64,000 bases of DNA from an uncultured cyanobacterium (GTDB lineage Bacteria; Cyanobacteriota; Cyanobacteriia; Cyanobacteriales; Nostocaceae): NCBI GenBank assembly GCA_963740315.1, contig CAVUDP010000002.1, positions 3,232,001-3,296,000 on the forward strand. Reading direction: 5' to 3'. The position numbers and the translations under genes are program-made. Below, piece after piece: positions 1 to 9,300 of this stretch; position 1 is the stretch's first letter, and every line of letters starts with the position of its first letter. The notes under the pieces are model-generated. The model saw nothing but the letters and a program-made list of their open reading frames with translations, ran no database searches and was not told the DNA's origin.

Positions 1-242
1 GATGGTGAAGTTAAGCAAGTAAGATTAATTGTTTTCGCCGCAATTTGTTTTGTTAAGTCGCATAAAACACTTGTAGTTGCAACTACTTGCGGTAAATCTT
101 TTTGAACTGTAGTGGTAGTTACAGTTGTTGTGTACGAGGAAGTGTTACTTGAATTATTGGAATTGTTACAGCCATAAAATGATACGGTAAAAACAATAAA
201 GATAATACGCAATGCTTTGCTCAAAAGTAGTTTTTCTAACAT
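1..242 (-). CDS. Metal (Zn/Mn) ABC transporter substrate-binding lipoprotein, ZnuA/MntC family; 5' part only, runs off the window
   Basis: Translated by hand (not in the ORF track): MLEKLLLSKALRIIFIVFTVSFYGCNNSNNSS...DLPQVVATTSVLCDLTKQIAAKTINLTCL. Lipobox-like FYGC and the VVATTSVLCDLTKQIA motif typical of cluster A-I metal-binding proteins. Confidence 0.8.
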   Translation of the reverse strand, partial: MLEKLLLSKALRIIFIVFTVSFYGCNNSNNSSNTSSYTTTVTTTTVQKDLPQVVATTSVLCDLTKQIAAKTINLTCLTSP

Positions 243-296
243 GAATTTATAATTAGTATTTGTTTTATTTTGCTGCATACCACTTGTTTATCCGAT

Positions 297-313
297 TCGG
301 AATGATTATCATT
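297..313. promoter_or_regulatory. Fur-family (Zur-like) operator
   Basis: AATGAT-T-ATCATT perfect 6-1-6 palindrome at 301-313. TCGGAATGATTATCA (297-311) matches 11/14 defined positions of the cyanobacterial Zur box TGATAATNATTATCA. Lies between divergent metal-related genes. Confidence 0.6.
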
Positions 314-353
314 GTCACTGAAACAAATATTTCTTCAGCATTAAGATATCGCA

Positions 354-1304
354 ATGTCTATGAATACATCTAATGCATCTTCTAATCAAGAACTTGTCAT
401 AGCTTTGATGGGTAAAGGTGGAACTGGTAAGACTTTTACTTCGCTCGGTTTAATCCAAAGTTTGAGAAAGTTGGATAAAGCTACGATCGTAGCGGATGCA
501 GATTCTAATAGATCGCTTTCGCGCTATCTTACCGCTCATTATTTGGGATACGGGGAAGAGGAATTAAAGCAAATAAAGTCGATCGCTCAAGCGGAGCAGG
601 ATTTTTACGAGTTTCAGGAACTGAATTCCGAGCAAAGCTACCGCGAATTTTACGGTACTCCATTCGATCGAGTTAAGAAGTTTTCGGTTGAACCACCGGA
701 CTCTTTTACCCAAAAGTACACAAAATCCCTTGATGAAAAACTGGCGCTGATATCGGTGGGAACCAGTGCGATGAGGATGGAAGAACTTTATTCAACTCGT
801 TGTTCTCACGCGACTTTAAATCCGTTAAAAGCTTGGTTGGCTTTGTCTACTAACGGGATTATAGTTCTCGACTGCGGTGGTGGTGAGGATTCCGGTAGAT
901 TTGGTTTGCCCATTGGTGCGAATGTGGTGGTTGTGGTTGTAGAAGCGACTCCCGATGCGATCGCAATTTCTGAAGATATCCGCGCGATCGATGAAGAGTT
1001 GGGAATTCCGGTAGTTTACGTTTTGAATAAGTGTCTCAATCAGTTTCCAGAAGTCGAAGCTTTTGAAGCAGAACATCAAGATCGGATTTTGGGTAAAATT
1101 CCATTTATTCCTGCGATTTACGGTAAAAATCCTCTAGAAGTATTTAGCGAAATTGAAAGTATATTTACGCCAATGGTTGAGAATATTCTCGCTCAGAAAT
1201 TGAGTTCTCCCCAACAAAGATGGGAAAGAGTACTCAGATGGCAAGAACGCTTACAGCAGCAACGAGAAACGAACAAAAGTCAACCCTTTAGTTTTATTTC
1301 TTAA
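354..1304 (+). CDS. CooC/AcsF-like (MinD/SIMIBI class) P-loop ATPase, putative metal chaperone
   Basis: Deviant Walker A GKGGTGKT, DADxN switch motif, RCSH at the position of the CooC CxC metal motif, Walker B-like LDCGGGED, VLNK motif. Confidence 0.7.
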   Translation: MSMNTSNASSNQELVIALMGKGGTGKTFTSLGLIQSLRKLDKATIVADADSNRSLSRYLTAHYLGYGEEELKQIKSIAQAEQDFYEFQELNSEQSYREFYGTPFDRVKKFSVEPPDSFTQKYTKSLDEKLALISVGTSAMRMEELYSTRCSHATLNPLKAWLALSTNGIIVLDCGGGEDSGRFGLPIGANVVVVVVEATPDAIAISEDIRAIDEELGIPVVYVLNKCLNQFPEVEAFEAEHQDRILGKIPFIPAIYGKNPLEVFSEIESIFTPMVENILAQKLSSPQQRWERVLRWQERLQQQRETNKSQPFSFIS

Positions 1305-1311
1305 TATCTAA

Positions 1312-1345
1312 AGGGAGTAGGGAGTAGGGAGTAGGGAGTAGGAGG
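1312..1345. repeat. STRR heptamer array (GGGAGTA)n
   Basis: About 4 tandem GGGAGTA units between convergent genes. Confidence 0.9.
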
Positions 1346-1373
1346 GATGAGAAAAATAATTTCTAACCTATTT

Positions 1374-3539
1374 TCACAAATTGCCAAATTTCGGACTCCA
1401 CCAACCTTTTGCAGTATTAAAATAAACCGCTTCTTTATGCTTGCTATTTTGCCGTGACTTGGAATCACTACATCTCAACATAGTTTTCTTTTGTCCGTCT
1501 TTTGTATAACCGTATTCTTCCAAAGGTTTCTTACATACGGGGCATGGATACTTGGTGATTTTTGCTGGAGGTTTTTGAGCGGGTGTAGTTTTTTCTGATG
1601 TAGAATTTGGCGAATTTGGCGATCGCCATTTTTTCTCGTAATCGCTCCAGAATAAAACCACGTTTTCGCAACCGCTGACGCATTTGAGAAAATATTTCTT
1701 TTTAACTTTGCTGCTCTTAATTTTTGCTAAATGATTGTTGCATTCGGGACAGCGAGTTCTGGATTTATCATATTTCCCTTCTGCTGCGGTTTTATTCTTC
1801 CCATTCGACGCAGGTACGGGTACAGTTTTCGCTTTTACTAAAGCTGGTGCAAAGTAATCTTGATTCCAGCTTGTCAGATATTTCTCCCAAGGTTCTTTTC
1901 CCGAAGCAATGCTATCGAGGGCATCCTCCATTTGGGCAGTAAATTCTGTTTTCAATAAATCTGGTAAAGCTTTCTGTAAAAAGTCATCTACCTCTAGTCC
2001 TAAAGTTGTCGGCTGTAAAATCGCTTTTGTTAATTCTACATAACCGCGTTTTTTCAAAGTTGCGATCGTGGGAGAATAAGTACTCGGACGACCAATTCCT
2101 TTACGTTCCATTAACTGAACTAACTTTGGTTCGCTGTATCTTGGTGGTGGTTGAGTCTGTTTTCGATCGTGTCCGGCATTTTCTAAAGTTAGTATTTGCC
2201 CTTGCACTAAATTGGGTAAAAGTGTATCTTTACTCAAATTTGCCCAGTATTTAGCATAGCCGAGAAACTCTACTATTTGTCCTCTGGCTTGCCAAAGTAT
2301 CTCGCCGGATTTAATGATTACCAGAGTTTTACGAAGTTGTGCGGGACGACATTGGGAAGCAACCGCTCTTTTCCATATCAATACATACAAATTAAATTCG
2401 TCTGGTAAAAGTTCAACTCGCAACTCCACCGAAGGACGAAACACGTTAGTAGGGCGAATTGCTTCGTGAGCTTCCTGAGCAGTTTTGTTACTGCGATATG
2501 TTGCTGTTTTATTCGGTAAATTCTGCGGATCGTTTTGCTTCAACCATTTACGCACGTCAGCGCAGAATTCCGGACTCAACATTACTGAATCCGTCCGCAT
2601 ATAAGTAATTAAACCAGCTTCATACAGCTTTTGCGCCACCTGCATGGTTTTTTCCGGTGCAAATTTTAACCTCGAACCAGCAGCTTGTTGCAGCGTAGAA
2701 GTAATAAAAGGTGGAGGTGGTTGACGACTGCTGATTTTTCCTTCGTACTGAACAATTTGATGGGGATGGTTTCGCGCTTCACTCACCAAACGTTCGGCTT
2801 CAGCTTCGGAAAGCACGCGAGTAGATTCGTTGGTTTCTGACTTCTTAACTACCGTGTCATCATTCTCTTGATTATCTTGCCGTGCTGTATCAGGAGCAGA
2901 ATTCACCATTCCTTTGTAAAAAGCGCGGAATCCTTCAACATAATCTACCCAAACACTCCAATAATCCTGGGGTACAAAAGCGAGAATCTCTCTCTCGCGC
3001 TGACATATTAAATGTAGAGTTGCACTTTGAACCCTTCCGACACTCTTTGCACCATTATTCAAAGCCCAAACTAACGGACTTCCCTTGTAACCAACTAATT
3101 TATCCAAACAATCTCGGCACAATCCAGCACCAACCAAATTAGCATCAAGCTTTCTGGGTTTGGCTACAGCAGCCCGCACCGCAGACTCCGTAATCTCCGT
3201 ATAAACAACCCGTTTCGGTTCCTTTAACCCCAAAGCTTCCTTGAGATGCCAAGCGATCGTTTCGCCTTCTCTATCGGGGTCTGTAGCTAAAATTACTTCG
3301 TTTACCTGGTTAACCGCAGCTTTTAACTTACTAATAGTCTCATAAGCTTGCTGACTGCGCGGAATGTAGCGACACCGCACCTTATTGCCATCCATAGTAA
3401 AGCCCAGAGAATCCTCACCTTCATTGCTGAGTTCTCGAATATGACCGCAACTAGCGCGAACAATCCATTCACTTCCCAGAATTTTACTCAGCTTTTTAAC
3501 TTTACCGGGAGATTCGACTATCAATAAGCGTTTGGGCAT
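1374..3539 (-). CDS. topA: Type IA DNA topoisomerase with C-terminal zinc ribbons
   Basis: TOPRIM motifs IVESPGK and ATDPDREGE, SVGRVQS, catalytic LITYMRTDS, AHEAIRP, GIGRPSTY, and CPEC/CPVC ribbons. Start moved to MPKRLL (ATG at 3539) because the 59 upstream codons look non-coding. Confidence 0.9.
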   Translation of the reverse strand: MPKRLLIVESPGKVKKLSKILGSEWIVRASCGHIRELSNEGEDSLGFTMDGNKVRCRYIPRSQQAYETISKLKAAVNQVNEVILATDPDREGETIAWHLKEALGLKEPKRVVYTEITESAVRAAVAKPRKLDANLVGAGLCRDCLDKLVGYKGSPLVWALNNGAKSVGRVQSATLHLICQREREILAFVPQDYWSVWVDYVEGFRAFYKGMVNSAPDTARQDNQENDDTVVKKSETNESTRVLSEAEAERLVSEARNHPHQIVQYEGKISSRQPPPPFITSTLQQAAGSRLKFAPEKTMQVAQKLYEAGLITYMRTDSVMLSPEFCADVRKWLKQNDPQNLPNKTATYRSNKTAQEAHEAIRPTNVFRPSVELRVELLPDEFNLYVLIWKRAVASQCRPAQLRKTLVIIKSGEILWQARGQIVEFLGYAKYWANLSKDTLLPNLVQGQILTLENAGHDRKQTQPPPRYSEPKLVQLMERKGIGRPSTYSPTIATLKKRGYVELTKAILQPTTLGLEVDDFLQKALPDLLKTEFTAQMEDALDSIASGKEPWEKYLTSWNQDYFAPALVKAKTVPVPASNGKNKTAAEGKYDKSRTRCPECNNHLAKIKSSKVKKKYFLKCVSGCENVVLFWSDYEKKWRSPNSPNSTSEKTTPAQKPPAKITKYPCPVCKKPLEEYGYTKDGQKKTMLRCSDSKSRQNSKHKEAVYFNTAKGWWSPKFGNL

Positions 3540-3752
3540 AACACCAATACTTTGAGATGCAAGAAAAAGACTTATAAGTTTTAATATGATAGTTATAGTT
3601 ATAGTACAGTTGTTTTGAATATTGTTATTTCTATTAAAAAAATTAACAACTAAGAAGGGAGTAGGAAATAGGGAGATGAAGTAATGAGGGATTTTTCGCC
3701 ATGTGGAAAATAACAAGGGAGCTGTTCGGCGATCGCTACAAATAGTTTTACA

Positions 3753-3840
3753 GCTAATTCCTAATTCCTAACTCCTAACTCCTAACTCCTAACTCCTAAC
3801 TACTAACTCCTAACTCCCTACTCCCTACTCCCTACTCCCC
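3753..3840. repeat. STRR arrays (CTAACTC)n and (CCCTACT)n
   Basis: Directly visible tandem heptamers. Confidence 0.9.
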
Positions 3841-4226
3841 TTAAAATAAAATCGGATTTCTATAGTATTATTGTATTCCCATTTATTAAAAAAAAATGAA
3901 ATTTATTAGAATCAGATCGTATTTTGATAAGAAATGTTAAGTAAACTAGATTAAAGCCTTCTATCTAAAGTATTAATTATTTAGTTCATGTTAGCTCGTA
4001 TGCCTTTCGATAGATGATAAAAACAAGCTAACTAGATAAATCAAAAATAAATAACAATACACAATTACGAAATATTAACTGTAAAGTTTATTAAACAAAT
4101 GCTCATTTTCATAGCCAACTTATATATACTTGGTTTCTATGGAAGTTAAATATGTTGATCCCCTGGGGATTTAATAAATAATCGCGCTGATTTCAAACTA
4201 TATATTGTACTCTTGGAGAAAAAATA

Positions 4227-4604
4227 ATGGCTTTATCACAATCGACTGATATGGGAAAAACCTACTCAATATTAATGATAAAAAGCTTTTTAATCTGGAC
4301 TTTTACACTGGCAGTATGCTTGTTGGTTGTCGGTTTTCCTTTAGTGGTTTTAATGGCTACGGTTGGATGTTTGCTATCTCTTGTTCTGCAATCTGTAATG
4401 CCTGCTAGCGCAGTTTTGGTTGTAGCAGGTAGCTTGATTATGTTTAACGTTATGGCAGTAGTAGTAGCTGCTGGCGTGTTAACACTTCGAGGCGTTCATC
4501 CTACAGAAGTTAAATGGTTAAGCTGGTTGCATGGAGAAGAGGAACAATTAAAGGCAAGTGTTTATGCTGCTTGTCCTTTGACTTGTGAAGTAGAAAGTCT
4601 TTAA
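4227..4604 (+). CDS. Small conserved cyanobacterial membrane protein
   Basis: RBS GGAGA upstream; 2-3 hydrophobic helices; C-terminal ACPLTC; followed by a terminator. Confidence 0.75.
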   Translation: MALSQSTDMGKTYSILMIKSFLIWTFTLAVCLLVVGFPLVVLMATVGCLLSLVLQSVMPASAVLVVAGSLIMFNVMAVVVAAGVLTLRGVHPTEVKWLSWLHGEEEQLKASVYAACPLTCEVESL

Positions 4605-4658
4605 TTTGCGATCTTAGTTTATAGCCATCACAGCTAAATTCGACAATTAATGCAACTG

Positions 4659-4679
4659 CCCGGTTTAACCGGGTTTTTT
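4659..4679 (+). terminator. Rho-independent terminator
   Basis: CCCGGTT-T-AACCGGG hairpin followed by a T-run. Confidence 0.8.
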
Positions 4680-4694
4680 CATATCTATAAGATC

Positions 4695-4975
4695 GGGGAT
4701 TAGGGAGTAGGGAGTAGGGAGTAGGGAGGAGTGAGGAGTGAGGAGTTAGGAGTTAGGAGTGAGGAGTTAGGAGTTAGGAGTTAGGAGTGAGAAGTTATAT
4801 AATTTTGGATTTTAACAAAGGATGCGTTTAACAACCTATGCGTTTGGTTTGGTTTGTTTTGGGTTTTGGATTAAAAACCTTTTAATAATAATTTAGTTAA
4901 GAGTTAAAAATTCTTTCTACCCCCTCTACCCCCTCTTCCCCATCTCCCCCTCTCTCCCCATCCCCCCATCTCTTT
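4695..4975. repeat. Composite STRR region (GGGAGTA, GGAGTTA/GGAGTGA, TTTTGGA, CCCC-rich units)
   Basis: Several adjacent tandem arrays. Confidence 0.85.
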
Positions 4976-5068
4976 AAATAAAATGTATGGTTTTGTGACA
5001 ATAGACTATTGACGAATCACCCCTATGGTAATGACTATTGACTATTAACTAGTGATTTATGACTAATT

Positions 5069-6178
5069 ATGAAGCGAGTTTGTATTATCTTAGGTACTCG
5101 TCCCGAAGCGATTAAGCTGGCTCCGGTGATTCAAACCTTTCAAGCTTGTGAAGGCTTGGAGACTCAGGTGATTTTAACCGGACAGCATCGGGAGATGGTT
5201 GAACAGGTGATGGGATTGTTCAATTTAAAAGCCGATCGCGATTTGGAGATTATGCAGCCAAAACAATCTCTGAGCGATATTACCTGCCGTAGCTTGCGTG
5301 GGTTGCAGGAGTTATTTGAGGAGAGCGAACCCAGTTTAGTTTTAGTACAGGGAGATACAACAACAGCTTTTGCAGCAGCTTTAGCAGCTTTTTATAAAAA
5401 AATTCCTATCGGTCATGTAGAAGCTGGGTTAAGAACTGATAACATATTTAATCCTTATCCAGAAGAAGCCAACCGACGCTTAATTTCTCAAATTGCACAG
5501 CTACATTTTGCACCTACACCTTTGGCTACAGAAAATTTGCAGCGCTCTGGGGTGTTGGGGTTCGTCCACATGACGGGAAACACCGTAATTGATGCGTTGC
5601 TAAATGTGGCGAAAAGCGAACCTCCCTGTAACGTACCGGGTTTGGAATGGGATAATCATCGAGTTATTTTAGCTACAGTTCACCGCAGAGAGAATTGGGG
5701 GGAACCGCTGCAAAGCATTGCTCAAAGCTTCTTACAAGTATTAGATAAATTTCCCGATACTGCTTTATTGCTACCATTACACCGGAATCCTACGGTAAGA
5801 GAACCATTGCAGGCAATGTTAGGGAATCATCCCCGAATCTTTTTAACAGAACCCCTAGACTACGCCCAACTAGTCGGGGCAATAATGCGATCGCACTTAT
5901 TACTCACAGACTCAGGAGGGTTGCAAGAAGAAGCCCCCAGTTTAGGAAAACCAGTATTAGTACTTAGAGAAACAACCGAAAGACCAGAAGCAGTAAACGC
6001 AGGTACGGCAAAGCTTGTAGGAACCGATACCCAGACAATTGTAGCTAGTGCAGTACAACTATTAAGCAATCCGGCAGCTTACGAAACAATGGCAAACGCA
6101 ATCAATCCCTTCGGAGATGGGCGTGCTTCCGAGAGGATTTTAGAAATTGTGCGGGGTTTCTTAGAAGTTAGAAGCTAG
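5069..6178 (+). CDS. wecB: UDP-N-acetylglucosamine 2-epimerase (non-hydrolysing)
   Basis: GTRPEAIKLAP, TGQHREM, HVEAGLRT, PEEANR, TDSGGLQEEA, TERPEA motifs. Confidence 0.97.
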   Translation: MKRVCIILGTRPEAIKLAPVIQTFQACEGLETQVILTGQHREMVEQVMGLFNLKADRDLEIMQPKQSLSDITCRSLRGLQELFEESEPSLVLVQGDTTTAFAAALAAFYKKIPIGHVEAGLRTDNIFNPYPEEANRRLISQIAQLHFAPTPLATENLQRSGVLGFVHMTGNTVIDALLNVAKSEPPCNVPGLEWDNHRVILATVHRRENWGEPLQSIAQSFLQVLDKFPDTALLLPLHRNPTVREPLQAMLGNHPRIFLTEPLDYAQLVGAIMRSHLLLTDSGGLQEEAPSLGKPVLVLRETTERPEAVNAGTAKLVGTDTQTIVASAVQLLSNPAAYETMANAINPFGDGRASERILEIVRGFLEVRS

Positions 6179-6364
6179 AAGAAACTTGTTCGTAGTAAGG
6201 AATGCGCGTCCTTGGAGCGCTAAAGCGCTTACTACCCCTTCGGAGATGGGCATGCTTCCGAGAGGATTTTAGAAATTGTGCGGGGTTTTTTAGAAGTTAG
6301 AAGCTAGAAGAAACTTGTTCGTAGTAAGGAATGCGCGTCCTTGGAGCGCTAAAGCGCTTACTAC
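6107..6364. repeat. 129-bp direct tandem duplication of the wecB 3' end plus a REP-like element
   Basis: Copy 1 at 6107-6235 and copy 2 at 6236-6364, with 2 mismatches seen. Confidence 0.95.
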
Positions 6365-6368
6365 GAAC
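6317..6368. repeat. Small dispersed palindromic element GTTCGTAGTAAG...CTTACTACGAAC
   Basis: 12-bp terminal inverted repeat with internal hairpins. Related copies at 42300-42379 and 62247-62301. Confidence 0.85.
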
Positions 6369-6380
6369 TTTGATAATTGT

Positions 6381-9300
6381 TCATTGTTCAGTGTCTTCTT
6401 CCAACGGTAATTCGATAACAAATTCCGCACCATTTCCGGGAAAGGAAAGACAATATAAGTTACCACCATGAGTTTCGGTAACTATTTGATGGCTAATTGA
6501 AAGTCCTAAACCCGTTCCTTTTCCTTCCGGTTTGGTGGTGAAGAATGCATTAAATAGTTTGCTTATGACTTCTTCTGGCATTCCAGGACCGTTATCTGCA
6601 ATACGAATAGTAACTTTTTCTGCGTCTGCTGAAGTACGGATGGTAATAACGTTAGGATTTTTCTCAATCTCTGCGTAAGTTTTGCCTTCGTTGGATTCGT
6701 CTAAAGCATCAATTGCATTTGCTAATAAGTTCATGAATGCTTGGTTAAGTTGACCGGAATAACACTTGAGTGGGGGTAACTCTTCATACTTTTTGATGAT
6801 TTCAACTGTAGGGCGTTGTGAATTTGCTTTCAAGCGATGTTGCAAAATCATCAAAGTTGTTTCGATGCCTTCGTGAACGTTAACCGGCTTTTTATCAGCG
6901 CTATCAGTACGGGAGAAATTCCGCAAAGACTGCATGATATCGCGAATCCGCTCGGTTCCTAATTCCATAGAAGCGATCATTTTAGGTAAATCTTCTAGGA
7001 GATAATTTAAGTCGATTTCTTCTTGGAAAGTTTCAATTTCTTCTGGTGGGGAGGGTACGTTAGCTTGGTAAAGATTTAACAGTTGCAGTAAATCTTCGAT
7101 ATATTGATTGGCGATAGATAAATTACCCGCAATGAAACCAACGGGATTATTAACTTCGTGAGCAACACCCGCTACTAATTGTCCCAAAGAAGAGATTTTT
7201 TCTGTTTGTACTAATTGCGCTTGAGTTTGCTGGAGTGTTTCTAGAGATTCTTGCAACTTTTGTGACTTATCTTGTTCGCGGGAATAAAGACGAGCATTTT
7301 CGATCGCGATCGCAGCTTGTGAGGTGAGTAGTTTAAGAATTTCCAAGCGCGAGTTTGTAAATGCACCAGTGACTTGATTGTTTTCCAGGTAAATAATCCC
7401 GGTAAATTTACCTTGGTAGAAAATAGGAGCGCATAAAATCGATTTAGGTTGTTCGCGGAGTATGTAAGAATCTTCTTTATAAATTGCTTCTTGGGTTGCG
7501 TCGTTGAGTACCAAAGGTTGCTGAGTTCTGGCAACGTAGTTAATTAGGCTTAAGGGAATATGTTGGCTTTCTTCTACCGGGGTTGATTGCAATACAACTA
7601 AATCGTTATGCTGGTCGTTGTCTATAGCTTCAATAAACAAGCGATCGTCCTTGAGCAAAATTAAACAACCCTTTTGAGCCGCAGCATTTTCTAGAATAAT
7701 AGACAGCAGCTTATCAAGGAGATTATCTAAAACGATTTCGCTGGTAATAGCCTCACTTACCTTCATTACCGTAGTTAAATCTAGAATGCTATTGCTATTA
7801 GTTGATGAGTTTAAAGCTCTCGAAGAACTGCTGACAATAGTTCCGGTAATGTCTTGTTGTAGCGTAATGGTTTCGCTGCGAATAATTAAATTAGGATAAC
7901 GTTCCTCTAAATTTTTTACCTTAGCTAAAGCACCCCAACGAATGTAGCCATAGTAAGCGTCAGTCATATAGGTTTTAGCAATTTTATCCTTACCTAATAC
8001 CAGATAAAACTGCGCTGCGAGTTCGTTACCCAATGCTTCCTCTTGGGTGTATTCATTTTCCTTAGCTCCTGCGATCGCGCGATCGTATAGATTCATCGCT
8101 TTGACATTTTGGCCAAAAATTCGCGCTTTTTCGGCTTCAACTAAATCGTACTTATGTTGGAAATTGCAGGCTGCATGATGCGCCCATTTTTTCATTTTCT
8201 TTTGATTCGCGGCGACTTTTTTGAGGTATTGCTTTTGTTCTGTAGATGTTACGTTTTTGTAGTTAGCAAGGAGTGCAAGGGAGTAGTAGAAGTTGTTGAC
8301 GCAGTATAGATAGAAGCCTGGATTGCTTTCTTGATATTGTTCAGTTAGGCGGGCGTTTTCGATTGCTTGTGTATAGTTATTGAAGTAATAATTAAGAATA
8401 TTTTTAGTAAAGTAAAAAGTACTTAGCCAAGAAGAATTATTACCTAAGCCAGCTATCATGTCAGCTTCATCAAAAGTTTCGCTCTTCCAAATGTTGTTTG
8501 TTTCCGAGGAGGTTTGAAAATTTAAAATTAATTGTCTTATTGAACTGATAGAATATGCTACTGATTCCAACTTAGTATGATGCATGAGTGTAGCATAATT
8601 ATCTATTTTTTGATCAATTAATTCTAGATTTACTGTGCTACAGAATAAATGATAACTCAAGCTCCAAGCACTATAACCTGAATATTCTATATCACCTGTT
8701 TCTAAACCATTTTGCATCCCATGTTGCATAGGTACTATGGTATCTTTTACGATTTCCTTATAATGTCGAATCATTGCGTTAAAGACGAAAATAACTTTAG
8801 TTTTTAATGAAATAGCGTCTATCTTATTAAGCAATGAAAGACCTAATCTTCCGAATCGATAACCTGCTTCAACTTCTCCAAATTTGTCACATATGATCGC
8901 ACCATAAAGACTGTAACCATAAGTAGCAGCCTCTGAATTACCATATTTTACTGATAATCTGACCATCGCTAGTATTGCCAGAGCAAAATGCAAAGAACCT
9001 GCTTGGCTCGAAGCAGGGGCAAGGAGCATTAAAAGCCGCATAGCTGCAAGTTTATAAGGGTCAGTCATTCTTGGCAAATAGACTAAATCTTCAATTCGTT
9101 TACCTAATAATGTTAGTTTTGTTTGTGCAACTGCTACCATCAAATGCTTAACATTAGGTTGCACAGGTAATTGTACATTAAGAAGTTTCAGAACTTGCAC
9201 TCCAACTTCAAGAGCTTCTTGCAGGTGATTTTGTAGTATACAAGACTGGATCTTTATTTCATATACTTTGACTTTATCCAAGATAGTGTTTGCATAACGT

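Noticed and set aside
3540..3716. N-terminal extension of topA in the ORF track
   Set aside because: Low-complexity AT-rich translation; the TOPRIM domain starts at MPKRLLIVES (3539).
6107..6364. attL/attR of an integrated prophage or island
   Set aside because: The copies are directly adjacent, with no cargo or integrase between them.
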